Notes: a model not told the origin generated them from the letters alone. A stretch of 60,378 nt of DNA from an uncultured Clavibacter sp. (GCA_964500885.1 CAZCQR010000001.1:1-60378), one strand, 5' to 3'. Positions 1 to 10,402 are shown, counted from the stretch's first letter. Translations and numbers: made by a program.

Positions 1-210
1 CACTTCAGCGCGCTAAGACATCCGCTAGTTGGGGATCTGGCATATGGTGGCGACCCAGTCTTGGCTGAGCGCCTAGAACTTCGCCGACCATGGCTTCATG
101 CAATTGAACTGGAATTTTCGCAACCTAGTAGCGGTGAGCGAATTCACCTCAATTCCACTTATCCAAAGGACCTAAAACGCGCCCTCTCACTTTTAGCCGT
201 TAAGTCCTAA
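1..210 (+). CDS. rluD: RluA/RluD-family rRNA pseudouridine synthase, C-terminal fragment (5' part outside window)
   Basis: Frame 1 is open from base 1 to TAA 208-210. It reads HFSALRHPLVGDLAYGGDP...RPWLHAIELEFSQPSSGERIHL, which matches the conserved C-terminal block of RluD-type synthases. Adjacency of rluD and dnaE is the usual actinobacterial arrangement (from memory). Confidence 0.7.
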   Translation, partial: HFSALRHPLVGDLAYGGDPVLAERLELRRPWLHAIELEFSQPSSGERIHLNSTYPKDLKRALSLLAVKS

Positions 211-218
211 CCGGAGAG

Positions 219-224
219 TAATCT
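219..224 (+). promoter_or_regulatory. Candidate -10 hexamer TAATCT, 8 nt upstream of the dnaE GTG (possible leaderless or very short leader)
   Basis: TAnnnT hexamer at 219-224. The only GGAG (213-216) lies 16 nt from the start, too far to act as an SD. Confidence 0.3.
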
Positions 225-232
225 CGCCGACC

Positions 233-3200
233 GTGAGCAAGGGTTTCGTTCATCTCCACGTACACACCGAGTACTCGATGCTTGATGGCGCTGCCCGAAT
301 AGAACAATTGGCAGAAGAGGTAAAGCGACAGGGCGAAACTGCAATTGCAATTACCGATCACGGACATGTTTTTGGAGCCTTTGATTTCTACAAGAGCATG
401 AAGGCCGCCGGCGTAAAGCCAATTATTGGAATTGAAGCATATGTTGCCCCCGAATCTAGATTTGAAAAGCGACGAGTTCGTTGGGCAGATGGTGGCGAGG
501 ATGATGTTTCTGGTGGTGGCGCGTACACACATATGACTCTGTTTGCAGAAAATAATGAAGGACTCTCAAACTTATTTAAGTTATCTTCGCTCGCATCGCT
601 TGAGGGTTTTTATTACAAGCCTCGCATGGATATTGAGCTGCTTTCAAAATTTGGTTCAGGATTAATCGCGACCACAGGATGTCCCGGTGGTGAAATCCAA
701 ACGCGCTTGCGAATGGGAGCCTACGGAGAAGCTAGAGCAGCTGCCGCTAAATACTTAGAGATTTTTGGAACTGGGAATTATTTCGTGGAAATAATGGATC
801 ACGGCCTTGAGATCGAGAACAGGGTGAAGAGCGATCTTCTCAAATTAGCTAAAGATCTCGGTCTGCCTCTACTTGCAACAAATGATCTCCATTACACATA
901 TGCAAAAGATGCAAGACACCATGAGGCTCTCTTATCTGTGCAATCTGGAAGCACCCTTGCAGATCCAAAGCGATTTAAATTTGATAGCGATGAGTTTTAT
1001 CTTAAGGACGCCGCCACAATGCGGAAGATATTTAACGGCCTCGAGGAGGCCTGTGATAACACACTTCTAATTGCAGAGAGATGCAACGTTACATTGCGAG
1101 AAAATGAGAATCTGCTCCCTAAATTCCCTGTCCCGGCCGGTGAAGATGAGAGCACTTGGCTAATCAAGCGCTCAAATGCAGGACTTGCTAAGCAATTCCC
1201 AAATGGGGTGCCGGAAAACTATTTGCAAAGACTTGAATTTGAGTTGGAAGTAATGACCAAAATGGGATTTGCTGGCTACTTCTTGGTCGTCTCAGATTTG
1301 GTAGCACATGCAAAATCAATCGGAATCCGGGTTGGACCGGGACGTGGCTCTGCTGCCGGTTCATTAGTCTCCTTCGCACTGGGTATTACAGCTTTAGATC
1401 CGATTGAACATGGTTTACTCTTCGAACGATTCTTAAATCCTGATCGAATTTCCATGCCTGATATTGATTTAGATTTCGATGAACGACGTCGTGGAGAAAT
1501 GATTCGTTACGCTATTGAAAAATATGGCGAAGATCGCGTTGCGCAAATCATTACTTTCAACACCATTAAATCGAAACAGGCGATAAAAGATGCGACAAGA
1601 GTCCTTGGTTATCCATTTGCTCTTGGGGACAAGTTAACTAAGGCGCTACCACCCTCAATAATGGGCAAAGATATTTCGCTAGCTGGCGTATTCGACAAGG
1701 AAAATGAACGCTTTCAAGAGGCGCAAGAATTCCGCAATATTTACGAAGAAGATACCGATGCCAAAACAATCGTAGATATGGCTCGCGGATTAGAAGGATT
1801 GAAGCGTCAACCTGGCGTACATGCAGCAGGCGTGATTTTAAGCAGAGAACCGCTTTTGGAGGTAATTCCAATTCATCGTCGCGATACCGATGGCGCGACT
1901 ATTACCCAATTCGATATGGGCGCTTGTGAAGCGACTGGTCTTTTAAAGATGGATTTTCTAGGTTTACGAAATCTTTCAGTTCTAGATGATTGCATTGCAA
2001 ATATTGAAAAGAATCAAGGTAAGAAAGTAGTTTTAGAGGAGCTACCGCTTGAGGATAAGAAGACTTTTGAACTCTTGGCGCGTGGGGAAACGCTCGGAGT
2101 CTTCCAGCTAGATAGTGCACCAATTCGAGCATTATTGCGATCAATGGTTCCAGATTCTTTTGCCGATATTTCGGCCGTTATCGCACTCTATCGACCTGGA
2201 CCTATGGGCGTAAATGCTCATAATGACTATGCAGATCGTAAAAATAAGCGAAAGCGAATAGAACCAATTCATCCTGATTTGCAGGATGCGCTAAGTGAGA
2301 TTCTTGACGACACTTATGGATTGATTGTTTATCAGGAACAAGTTATGGCAATTGCGCAGAAAGTTGCGGGCTTCTCTCTGGCGCGCGCAGATCTTCTACG
2401 AAAGGCCATGGGTAAGAAAAACAAAGAGATTCTCGATAAAGAGTACGTACATTTCGAAGCCGGCATGAAAAAGAACGGGTTCTCCAGCGCTGCAATTGAA
2501 GAGTTATGGAAGACGCTAATTCCTTTCTCGGATTATGCTTTTAACCGAGCGCATAGCGCAGGATATGGCGTCATTTCATTCTGGACTGCTTATCTAAAAG
2601 CAAATTACCCAACCGAATATATGGCAGCTCTTCTTACTAGCGTTCAGCATGACAAGGATAAAACAGCGCTGTATCTGAGTGAGTGCCGCAGAATGGGTAT
2701 AAAAGTTCTACCTCCAGATGTAAATGAATCTGATGCTGCATATACGCCGATAGGTTCAGATATTCGTTTTGGCTTGGCAGCCGTGCGAAATGTTGGCGAA
2801 AACGTTGTCGCATCTATTGCAAAGAATCGGGGAGAGAAAGGTCGATTTACATCATTCGGTGATTTCTTGGCAAAAGTTGATGCCACAGTTTGCAATAAGA
2901 AAACAATTGAATCTTTGATTAAAGCAGGTGCCTTTGATTCACTTGGACATGCAAGAAAAGGGTTAATGTCAATCTACCTCGAGGCAATTGATTCGGTTGC
3001 GGAAGTAAAGCGCGCAGAAGCGATTGGACAGTTCGATCTATTCGGTGGCGGCATGGAAAACTCAAATACCGTCTCAGGGATATCAACTGAAATACCTACC
3101 GATGAATGGGAAAAGCCACTCTTGTTATCTTACGAGAGAGAAATGTTGGGCCTATACGTTTCAGATCATCCGCTACTTGGAGTCGAGCATGTATTAAAGA

Positions 3201-3739
3201 GTGTCCGCGATATAACAATCAGCCAGCTTTTTGATGATGGAGTACAGCATGAAAGTATCGTCACTATCGCCGGCTTAATAACGAATGTGCAGCGAAAAGT
3301 AAGTAGACAAGGTTCTTCCTGGGCAATCGTGACGATTGAAGATCTCGAAGGCGCTATTGACGTTCTATTCTTTTCTAATTCCTATCAACAACATGCCTTA
3401 AATTTAATTGAAGATCGAATAGTTGCAGTGAGAGGTCGTATTGATAAGAGAGAGGAGACGCCAAGGGTTGCAGCGATGGATTTATCACTTCCAGATATAA
3501 ATCAGGCGCCAATTGGTCCCTTCATAATTAAAGTTGAGGCAGAACGATGTACGCCACCAGTAGTCGATCGTATGAAAGAAATTTTGAGATCTCACCCAGG
3601 AACTCGAGAGGTACATCTCCGCATCGAGGGTGGAGCCAAGGAAACGACTTTTAGATTAGATGACGGATTGAGAATTACCGCGTCGCCAGGCCTCAGTGCT
3701 GATTTAAAATCAATACTCGGTCCTGATTGCCTCGTTTAA
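233..3739 (+). CDS. dnaE: DNA polymerase III alpha subunit (DnaE1)
   Basis: 1168-aa ORF with GTG start. It has the N-terminal PHP motif FVHLHVHTEYSMLDGA and the polymerase core block GPGRGSAAGSLVSFALGIT..LLFERFLNPDR.SMPDIDLDF. The length is normal, so no intein is present. Confidence 0.97.
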   Translation: MSKGFVHLHVHTEYSMLDGAARIEQLAEEVKRQGETAIAITDHGHVFGAFDFYKSMKAAGVKPIIGIEAYVAPESRFEKRRVRWADGGEDDVSGGGAYTHMTLFAENNEGLSNLFKLSSLASLEGFYYKPRMDIELLSKFGSGLIATTGCPGGEIQTRLRMGAYGEARAAAAKYLEIFGTGNYFVEIMDHGLEIENRVKSDLLKLAKDLGLPLLATNDLHYTYAKDARHHEALLSVQSGSTLADPKRFKFDSDEFYLKDAATMRKIFNGLEEACDNTLLIAERCNVTLRENENLLPKFPVPAGEDESTWLIKRSNAGLAKQFPNGVPENYLQRLEFELEVMTKMGFAGYFLVVSDLVAHAKSIGIRVGPGRGSAAGSLVSFALGITALDPIEHGLLFERFLNPDRISMPDIDLDFDERRRGEMIRYAIEKYGEDRVAQIITFNTIKSKQAIKDATRVLGYPFALGDKLTKALPPSIMGKDISLAGVFDKENERFQEAQEFRNIYEEDTDAKTIVDMARGLEGLKRQPGVHAAGVILSREPLLEVIPIHRRDTDGATITQFDMGACEATGLLKMDFLGLRNLSVLDDCIANIEKNQGKKVVLEELPLEDKKTFELLARGETLGVFQLDSAPIRALLRSMVPDSFADISAVIALYRPGPMGVNAHNDYADRKNKRKRIEPIHPDLQDALSEILDDTYGLIVYQEQVMAIAQKVAGFSLARADLLRKAMGKKNKEILDKEYVHFEAGMKKNGFSSAAIEELWKTLIPFSDYAFNRAHSAGYGVISFWTAYLKANYPTEYMAALLTSVQHDKDKTALYLSECRRMGIKVLPPDVNESDAAYTPIGSDIRFGLAAVRNVGENVVASIAKNRGEKGRFTSFGDFLAKVDATVCNKKTIESLIKAGAFDSLGHARKGLMSIYLEAIDSVAEVKRAEAIGQFDLFGGGMENSNTVSGISTEIPTDEWEKPLLLSYEREMLGLYVSDHPLLGVEHVLKSVRDITISQLFDDGVQHESIVTIAGLITNVQRKVSRQGSSWAIVTIEDLEGAIDVLFFSNSYQQHALNLIEDRIVAVRGRIDKREETPRVAAMDLSLPDINQAPIGPFIIKVEAERCTPPVVDRMKEILRSHPGTREVHLRIEGGAKETTFRLDDGLRITASPGLSADLKSILGPDCLV

Positions 3740-3768
3740 TGCCAACGCGCCGAAAAGATAGATTTCTC

Positions 3769-3774
3769 TAGACT
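3769..3774 (+). promoter_or_regulatory. Candidate -10 hexamer TAGACT, 6 nt upstream of GTG 3781
   Basis: TAnnnT-N6-GTG geometry with no SD. The same geometry recurs at other operon heads in this window. Confidence 0.4.
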
Positions 3775-3780
3775 GTGCAA

Positions 3781-4515
3781 GTGTTGATTCGTAAGCAGTT
3801 AGAACTATTGCCTGCACTTGATGTACAAGGCGGTAAGTCAGTTCGAATCTCATTTAATAATGTTGCAAACCAAACCCCTGATTCGGACCCTAAAGAGATT
3901 GCAGATAAATTTCTTGAAATGGGAGCAAAATGGCTTCATCTAGTTGATTTAGATGCAGCCTATGGGGTTGGAAACAATCGAGAACTGCTTTCGAAATTAA
4001 TTGGCGGGTTAAGTATCAAGGTGCAATTCTCTGGCGGGATCAAAGATGAAGATTCACTCAAGTTTGCGATGGAGAGCAGATGTGTACGTGCAAATATTGC
4101 AACAGCCGCCCTTTCAGATATGGATTGGGTTGCCAGGGCAATAAGTAATTACGGTGAACGAATTGTCATCGGTCTTGATATCAGGGGAAGAGACTTACTT
4201 GGGAGGGGAAGCAAAGTGTTGATTAAAGACTTCGCATCCTCCATTAGAACTTTAAATAGTCTCGGGGCGCCTCGATATGTAGTCACGGATGTTGAAAGAG
4301 ATGGCTCTCTATCTGGGCCAAGCCTCGATCTCTTAGATGAAGTTCTGCAATTAACCGAAAGGCCTGTGGTCTGGTCTGGTGGCGTTTCAACGCTTGAGCA
4401 GCTCGAACTCTTGCGTGCTCGTACCAGCACAGGACTTGAAGGCGTCATAATTGGCAAAGCATTTTATGAGGGAGAACTCTCTTTCCCCGAGGCCCTAGGA
4501 GTGTGTAGTACGTAA
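3781..4515 (+). CDS. priA: HisA/PriA-family (beta/alpha)8 phosphoribosyl isomerase, first gene of the trp operon (probable PRA isomerase/TrpF function)
   Basis: The ORF contains LLPALDVQGG, WLHLVDLDAAYG, FSGGIKD, VVTDVERDGSLSGP and EGVIIGKAFY, the HisA/PriA signature blocks. Its stop overlaps the trpE start (TAATG at 4513-4517). The ORF track starts at GTG 3775; GTG 3781 fits the -10 spacing better. Confidence 0.85.
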   Translation: MLIRKQLELLPALDVQGGKSVRISFNNVANQTPDSDPKEIADKFLEMGAKWLHLVDLDAAYGVGNNRELLSKLIGGLSIKVQFSGGIKDEDSLKFAMESRCVRANIATAALSDMDWVARAISNYGERIVIGLDIRGRDLLGRGSKVLIKDFASSIRTLNSLGAPRYVVTDVERDGSLSGPSLDLLDEVLQLTERPVVWSGGVSTLEQLELLRARTSTGLEGVIIGKAFYEGELSFPEALGVCST

Positions 4516-6029
4516 TGTCTATTAATTCTGCGCTTACTCCAATCTCATTATCTGAATTTCGGAAGTTCGCCGAGAGTTACAACGTAATTCCAGTCGCCGA
4601 GAGTTTTCTTGCTGATAGCGAAACGCCATTAACGCTTTATGCCAAACTGACAAAACATTCACCTAATACTTTCTTATTGGAATCGGCTGAACATGGTGGG
4701 AGCTGGGCTAGATATTCATTTATTGGTGTTTCAAGCCAGGCTACATTGACGGAAAAATCTGGTCTCGCAACTTGGATTGGCACGCCGCCAGCAGGTGCGC
4801 CATCGGGTATCGATCCGTTAGAAGCACTTCGTATTACTGGATCGCATTTAAGAACACCACGTATTCCTGGTTTGCCCCGTCTTACTAGTGGATTAGTTGG
4901 CTATCTTGGTTATGACTCAGTACGAAGGCTTGAAAAATTGCCAGATCTAAATCCTGATGAACTTGGATTGCCAGAGCTTGCTTTTATGCTAACTACAGAT
5001 TTAGCAATCTATGATCATTTGCAAGGTTCGGTAACTTTAATCGCCAACGCAATTAATTGGGACGGATCCAAAGAGCGAGTTGAAGAAGCATATGAAAAAA
5101 GCTTGAAACGACTCTCAGAGATGAAAAAACTTTTGAATGAGCCGTTAATAAGCCCTCTGACTCATCTAGATGATCGAGCACCTCTCGACTTCACGCGCAA
5201 AACTAGCGCCACTGAATTCTGCGATGGCGTAGCGAAAATTAAAGAAGAGATTAAGAGCGGCGAGGCTTTCCAAGTCGTTCTTTCGCAGCGTTTTGAAATG
5301 GATAATCACGCAGATCCATTCGATGTATATCGCATGCTTCGCCTACATAATCCAAGTCCTTATATGTTCTTATTCCGATTTGCAGATGGTTTAAGTGTTG
5401 TTGGATCTAGTCCGGAGGCTTTAGTTAAAGTAACTGATGGTGAGGTAATGGTTCACCCAATTGCAGGAACTCGAAAGCGAGCATTAGATCAGGCGGAAGA
5501 TATTCGCCTTGGCGAAGAATTACTTGCAGATCCTAAAGAGCGAGCCGAGCATCTAATGTTGGTCGATTTAGGAAGAAATGATTTGGGTCGAGTATGCAAT
5601 CCAGGATCGGTGAAGGTTGTTGAATTTATGCAACTAGAGAGATATTCACATGTGATGCATATCGTTTCAACAGTGACTGGAGATTTAAAGAGTGAATTAG
5701 CGCCAATTGATGCTCTTTATGCCGTTTTTCCAGCAGGAACGCTTTCGGGAGCTCCGAAGCCAAGAGCGATGGAGATTATTGAAGAATTAGAAAATTCTAG
5801 AAGAGGAATCTACGGGGGAGCGATTGGCTACCTAGATTTCACTGGCAACCTTGATACCTGTATTGCAATCAGAACTGCGATCCTTAAAGGCAATAAAGCA
5901 TATGTGCAGGCCGGCGCAGGAGTAGTTGCAGATTCTTTGCCAGAGAGTGAAGATGCTGAATGCCTTAACAAAGCAGCTGCAGTAATTGGCGCTATTTCCT
6001 CTGCAAACAAGTTAAGGAAGCTGCAGTGA
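4515..6029 (+). CDS. trpE: Anthranilate synthase component I
   Basis: 504 aa with chorismate-binding C-terminal blocks: SPEALVKV, HPIAGTRKR, GTLSGAPKPRAMEIIEELE..RGIYGGAIGY. Confidence 0.95.
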   Translation: MSINSALTPISLSEFRKFAESYNVIPVAESFLADSETPLTLYAKLTKHSPNTFLLESAEHGGSWARYSFIGVSSQATLTEKSGLATWIGTPPAGAPSGIDPLEALRITGSHLRTPRIPGLPRLTSGLVGYLGYDSVRRLEKLPDLNPDELGLPELAFMLTTDLAIYDHLQGSVTLIANAINWDGSKERVEEAYEKSLKRLSEMKKLLNEPLISPLTHLDDRAPLDFTRKTSATEFCDGVAKIKEEIKSGEAFQVVLSQRFEMDNHADPFDVYRMLRLHNPSPYMFLFRFADGLSVVGSSPEALVKVTDGEVMVHPIAGTRKRALDQAEDIRLGEELLADPKERAEHLMLVDLGRNDLGRVCNPGSVKVVEFMQLERYSHVMHIVSTVTGDLKSELAPIDALYAVFPAGTLSGAPKPRAMEIIEELENSRRGIYGGAIGYLDFTGNLDTCIAIRTAILKGNKAYVQAGAGVVADSLPESEDAECLNKAAAVIGAISSANKLRKLQ

Positions 6030-6820
6030 GCGTACTCTCGGAGATAATAGAAGGAGTTAAAGCTGATGAGGCAGCCAGAAAATTAACTCCTAATCAGTTG
6101 GCAGAAAAAATCGCTTCAGCACCTAAACCATTACCTGCATTATCCATTTTTCAGCAGCGCGAATTTTCCATAATTGCCGAGATAAAACGATCATCTCCAA
6201 GCAAAGGTGAACTTGCCACTATCCCAGAGCCAGCTTCACTCGCAGCTATTTATCAAGAAGCTGGCGCAACCGCGATAAGTGTTCTGACCGAAGAGCGTCG
6301 CTTCAAAGGTTCTTTAAAGGATTTGGAAGTTGTCCGTTCCGCTGTTGATATTCCAATACTTCGAAAAGACTTTATGGTTAGCGAATACTTAATTGAAGAA
6401 TCTCGGGCTTTCGGCGCAGATATTATTCTGCTTATAGTTGCAGCCTTGGATAATCACCAACTAAGGGATTACTTACAGATTACCGAATCGCTAGGAATGA
6501 GTGCCTTGGTTGAAGTACACAATCAAGAGGAGCTGGACCGCGCTTTGGCAGTGGAAGCAAAAATCATTGGTGTAAACGCAAGAAATCTAAAGACTCTAGA
6601 GGTTAACCAATCAGCATTTGCAGAGCTAATGCCAGAGATCCCTAATCAAATAATTCGGGTTGCAGAATCGGGAATTTTCGAGAATTCGGATGTGGTCACG
6701 GCCCGGGAACTTGGCGCAGATGCAATTTTGGTCGGCGAGGCGCTGGTTCGCGCTGATAATCCAAGTGAGAAGATTCAAGAATTTTTAAGAGGCGCAACTT
6801 CTGCCAGAAAAGTAGAGTGA
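6026..6820 (+). CDS. trpC: Indole-3-glycerol-phosphate synthase
   Basis: 264 aa with [12 protein letters not shown] and LRKDF motifs. GTGA overlap with the trpE stop. Confidence 0.95.
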   Translation: MSVLSEIIEGVKADEAARKLTPNQLAEKIASAPKPLPALSIFQQREFSIIAEIKRSSPSKGELATIPEPASLAAIYQEAGATAISVLTEERRFKGSLKDLEVVRSAVDIPILRKDFMVSEYLIEESRAFGADIILLIVAALDNHQLRDYLQITESLGMSALVEVHNQEELDRALAVEAKIIGVNARNLKTLEVNQSAFAELMPEIPNQIIRVAESGIFENSDVVTARELGADAILVGEALVRADNPSEKIQEFLRGATSARKVE

Positions 6821-6824
6821 GGTT

Positions 6825-8003
6825 GTGAGCGAAGGGCATTTTGGAAAATTTGGTGGGCGCTTTGTGCCAGAAGCGCTGATAGGCGCGCTTGATGAATTAG
6901 CTGCAGCTCACGATGCAGCTCAAAATGATCCGAAATTTGCTGTCGAACTTAGTGAACTTCATAAAACTTATACCGGGCGTCCCTCAATAATTACCGAAGC
7001 CACTCGATTCGCTAAGCATGCTGGCGGCGCACGAATCTTCCTAAAGCGTGAAGACTTAAATCACACGGGGAGTCACAAAATAAATAATGTATTGGGTCAA
7101 GCTCTATTAACAAAGCGAATGGGTAAGAAGCGGATTATTGCTGAAACTGGAGCTGGTCAACATGGCGTTGCTTCTGCAACTGCTGCGGCATTAATGGGTT
7201 TGGAATGCGTTGTTTACATGGGCGAAGAAGATACAAAGCGCCAATCTCTTAACGTTGCGAGAATGAAGATTTTGGGCGCAGAAGTCATTCCAGTTACTAC
7301 TGGATCGCGAACTCTCAAAGATGCAATCAACGAGGCGATGCGTGACTGGGTAACAAATGTTTCTACAACCCATTATCTGCTTGGCACTGTAGCTGGTCCG
7401 CATCCATTTCCAACTATGGTTCGCGATTTTCACAAGATCATTGGTGATGAATCTAAAGCTCAATTACTCGAATTAATTGGGAAGCTTCCTGATGCAGTTC
7501 TCGCCTGCGTAGGCGGTGGCTCAAATGCGATCGGAATTTTTCATGCCTTTATCGATGATCCAAAAGTTCGCCTAATTGGATTGGAAGCAGGTGGAGCAGG
7601 TGTTGCAAGTGGGAAACATGCAGCAACTTTGGTTGGCGGCTCGCCAGGAGTGCTCCATGGAACAAGAACTTTTGTCCTGCAAGATCAAGATGGACAAACT
7701 ATGGAATCACATTCCATTTCGGCAGGACTTGATTATCCAGGCGTTGGCCCTGAACATGCTTATCTAAAGGAAATTGGCCGTGCGGAATATCTAGCCATTA
7801 CAGATGACGAGGCGATGCAAGCCTTCGATTTACTCTCAAAGAGCGAGGGAATAATCCCAGCAATTGAAACGGCTCATGCCCTCGCCGGTGCCATCAAAGT
7901 TGGAAAAGAGTTAGGTGCAAATTCAAATTTACTTATCAATCTCTCTGGGCGTGGCGATAAAGATGTTCAGACTGCAGCCAACTACTTTGGAATACCAATT
8001 TAG
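6825..8003 (+). CDS. trpB: Tryptophan synthase beta chain
   Basis: 392 aa with the PLP-lysine motif HTGSHKINN and GGGSNAIG. Confidence 0.97.
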   Translation: MSEGHFGKFGGRFVPEALIGALDELAAAHDAAQNDPKFAVELSELHKTYTGRPSIITEATRFAKHAGGARIFLKREDLNHTGSHKINNVLGQALLTKRMGKKRIIAETGAGQHGVASATAAALMGLECVVYMGEEDTKRQSLNVARMKILGAEVIPVTTGSRTLKDAINEAMRDWVTNVSTTHYLLGTVAGPHPFPTMVRDFHKIIGDESKAQLLELIGKLPDAVLACVGGGSNAIGIFHAFIDDPKVRLIGLEAGGAGVASGKHAATLVGGSPGVLHGTRTFVLQDQDGQTMESHSISAGLDYPGVGPEHAYLKEIGRAEYLAITDDEAMQAFDLLSKSEGIIPAIETAHALAGAIKVGKELGANSNLLINLSGRGDKDVQTAANYFGIPI

Positions 8004-8012
8004 GAAGCTTTC

Positions 8013-8792
8013 ATGAATAAAAGAACTGAGAGTATTTTTGCCAAAGCCAAGGAAGAAAATAGATCTGTTTTAATCGGATATGTAACGGCTGGATTTCCAA
8101 GTAAGTCCGAAAGTAAAAAAATAATTAAGGCGATGATCGCTGGCGGGGTTGACTTAATCGAAGTAGGAATTCCGTATAGCGATCCGGTTATGGATGGTCC
8201 AGTGATTCAGCAGACTAGTGAGGCTGCAATCAAGAATGGCATAAAAACTTCAGATGTTTTTGAGATCGTCACTGAATCGTCGGTTCCAACATATGTCATG
8301 TCCTATTGGAATCCAATCGAAAAATATGGCATCAAAAAATTCGCTTCCGATTTAGCGCAGTCCGGCGGTGTCGGCGTAATTACTCCGGATCTAACTGTTG
8401 AAGAGTCTCAAGAATGGAATGCGGCAACCGACGAATTCAATATTGATAGGACCTATGTTGTCGCACCAAGTAGTACAGATTCACGATTGAGTAAAATAGC
8501 CAAAAACTGCACTGGCTTTGTATATGCGGCAAGTTTGATGGGCGTGACGGGCGCTCGTAGCGTTTTATCTAATGATGCCAAAGATTTAGTTTCACGAATT
8601 CGTGCAGTAAGCGAACAGCCGATTTCGGTAGGTTTAGGAGTATCCAATCGCGAACAAGCATCTGAAATTTCGGAATTTGCCGACGGGGTGATTGTTGGCT
8701 CAGCATTCCTTAAGTTGCTTCTAGAAGGCAGAGGCCCAGATGCAGTTGGAGAATTGGCCAAAGACCTTTCAGCTGGAGTGCGAAAGCGTTAA
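8013..8792 (+). CDS. trpA: Tryptophan synthase alpha chain
   Basis: 259 aa with YVTAGFP and EVGIPYSDPVMDGPVIQ motifs. Confidence 0.95.
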   Translation: MNKRTESIFAKAKEENRSVLIGYVTAGFPSKSESKKIIKAMIAGGVDLIEVGIPYSDPVMDGPVIQQTSEAAIKNGIKTSDVFEIVTESSVPTYVMSYWNPIEKYGIKKFASDLAQSGGVGVITPDLTVEESQEWNAATDEFNIDRTYVVAPSSTDSRLSKIAKNCTGFVYAASLMGVTGARSVLSNDAKDLVSRIRAVSEQPISVGLGVSNREQASEISEFADGVIVGSAFLKLLLEGRGPDAVGELAKDLSAGVRKR

Positions 8793-8835
8793 AGTTAGAT
8801 AAACTTCGAGTCTCGAAGTTACCGAAGGAGTCAAA

Positions 8836-9576
8836 ATGCCAAAAGAGCCACGTCAACGTCACCGCGATAGCGAGAAGAGCGGGGATACTTTAACTAGAAA
8901 TTTAGTCCTTGGGATGGTTGCTCTCGTAGTGCTCTCGGGCGTCATATTTACAGTTCTAGATAAGCGCCAGGCATCACTTAGTGATTTCGACGTTGCCCTT
9001 GAGAAAATTGACTCCTCTCAAAATGGTCCTGCGCTAACCGGAACTTTTTCTGAGGAAGATGATTTCGGTATCTCATTTAACGTTGGCACAAAGCCGAAAA
9101 TTGAAATTTGGGAAGACCCACAATGCCCATTCTGTAATGATTTTGAAAAGGCCATTGGATCTTATGTAGAGGAATTGATTAGAAATAAAGAAGCTCAAGT
9201 TACTTATCGGATGACTTCATTTCTTGGGCAAGATTCCGTTCGAGCTGTAAATGCATCGTTCTGTTCTGTTGCTGAGGGCAGATTCTTGGATTTGCACAAT
9301 GCGCTATTCGCGGTCCAAGGCCAAGAAGGTTCGGGTACTTACACAAATGAGAATCTCTTAGCGCTAAGCAAGAAAATTGGAATTACTTCAGCTGATTACG
9401 AAAGCTGCGTAACGGATGGTAAGTATCTCGATCAAGTAAAGGCTGTTTATGACTCAATGGCGAAATATAATGTTAAGGGAACGCCGACTGTATTCATTGA
9501 TGGCAAGATTTGGGATTACAAAGGCACAGGTTTGAACCTAGATGCATTTAAGGCAGCCGTAGCAGCGGCAAAGTAG
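8836..9576 (+). CDS. Membrane-anchored DsbA-family thiol:disulfide oxidoreductase
   Basis: N-terminal hydrophobic helix (LVLGMVALVVLSGVIFTVL) followed by a thioredoxin fold with a CPFC active site. SD AAGGAG lies upstream. Confidence 0.8.
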   Translation: MPKEPRQRHRDSEKSGDTLTRNLVLGMVALVVLSGVIFTVLDKRQASLSDFDVALEKIDSSQNGPALTGTFSEEDDFGISFNVGTKPKIEIWEDPQCPFCNDFEKAIGSYVEELIRNKEAQVTYRMTSFLGQDSVRAVNASFCSVAEGRFLDLHNALFAVQGQEGSGTYTNENLLALSKKIGITSADYESCVTDGKYLDQVKAVYDSMAKYNVKGTPTVFIDGKIWDYKGTGLNLDAFKAAVAAAK

Positions 9577-9581
9577 CCAAA

Positions 9582-10394
9582 GTGATTCCATCGCCAAGTC
9601 AATCTGTATTAGAACTTGGTCCGCTAACTATTCATTACTATGCGTTATGCATAATTAGTGGAATTGCGCTTGCAATCTTTATTGGAAATAGAAGATTTAT
9701 TTCCCGAGGCGGGAGCGCTGGCGTTGTAGGTGATATTGCAATCTTTGCCGTTCCTGCAGGAATTATTGGCGGCCGGATTTATCATGTTCTAACATCACCT
9801 GAGAAATATCTAAATGAACCAATCGCGGCGCTTTATATCTGGGAGGGCGGATTAGGAATTTGGGGCGCAATTAGCCTAGGCGCGCTTATCGCTTTTTTCG
9901 TCTATCGGAATCATCCAAAAAGATCCGCAATCAATTTCTCACTATTCGCTGATTCATTGGCACCTGGACTGTTGGTTGCACAAGCTGTGGGTCGATTTGG
10001 AAATTGGTTTAACAAGGAATTATTTGGTCGACCATTAGATGCACCATGGGCGCTGCAAATTCCTGAGCGATATAGACCAGATGGATATCTTGCTTTTGAA
10101 ACTTTCCATCCCACTTTCCTTTATGAAGCTATCTGGTGTCTATTAATTGCATCAATTCTGGTCAAGTCTAGATATCTCCAGGGGCTTAAATCGGGTTCAA
10201 TTTTTGCTCTTTATGTAGCAGGGTATTCATTAGGTCGCGGCATCATAGAAACATTCAGAATTGATGAAGCTAATCTGATTCTTGGATTGAGATTGAACGT
10301 CTGGACTAGCTCAGTTCTTTTCTCACTTGCACTCATCTACCTATTTGTTAGAAATCGCAACTCTCAGCAATCAGCAGAATCCAATAACCTCTAA
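9582..10394 (+). CDS. lgt: Prolipoprotein diacylglyceryl transferase
   Basis: 270-aa polytopic membrane protein with the Lgt signature GRFGNWFNKELFG. The position downstream of trpA matches other Actinobacteria. Confidence 0.93.
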   Translation: MIPSPSQSVLELGPLTIHYYALCIISGIALAIFIGNRRFISRGGSAGVVGDIAIFAVPAGIIGGRIYHVLTSPEKYLNEPIAALYIWEGGLGIWGAISLGALIAFFVYRNHPKRSAINFSLFADSLAPGLLVAQAVGRFGNWFNKELFGRPLDAPWALQIPERYRPDGYLAFETFHPTFLYEAIWCLLIASILVKSRYLQGLKSGSIFALYVAGYSLGRGIIETFRIDEANLILGLRLNVWTSSVLFSLALIYLFVRNRNSQQSAESNNL

Positions 10395-10396
10395 GT

Positions 10397-10402
10397 TAGA
10401 AT
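10397..10402 (+). promoter_or_regulatory. Candidate -10 hexamer TAGAAT, 6 nt upstream of ATG 10409 (leaderless VIT gene)
   Basis: TAGAAT-N6-ATG with no SD in between. It lies 3 nt after the lgt stop. Confidence 0.45.

Noticed and set aside
233-3739. Checked dnaE, sufB (38320-39732), polA and uvrA for inteins, frameshifts or domain insertions.
   Set aside because: All have uninterrupted ORFs of normal length with contiguous conserved motifs. No Cys/Ser...HN splicing-junction block or extra domain is visible.
8802-8820. Inverted repeat AACTTCGAG-T-CTCGAAGTT between trpA and the dsbA-like gene, considered as a terminator or attenuator.
   Set aside because: It forms a 7-bp stem with a small loop but has no following U-tract (the next bases are ACCGAAGG). 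The downstream gene starts 16 nt later with a good SD. The evidence is too weak for an intrinsic terminator, and it may simply be an mRNA-stabilising hairpin.
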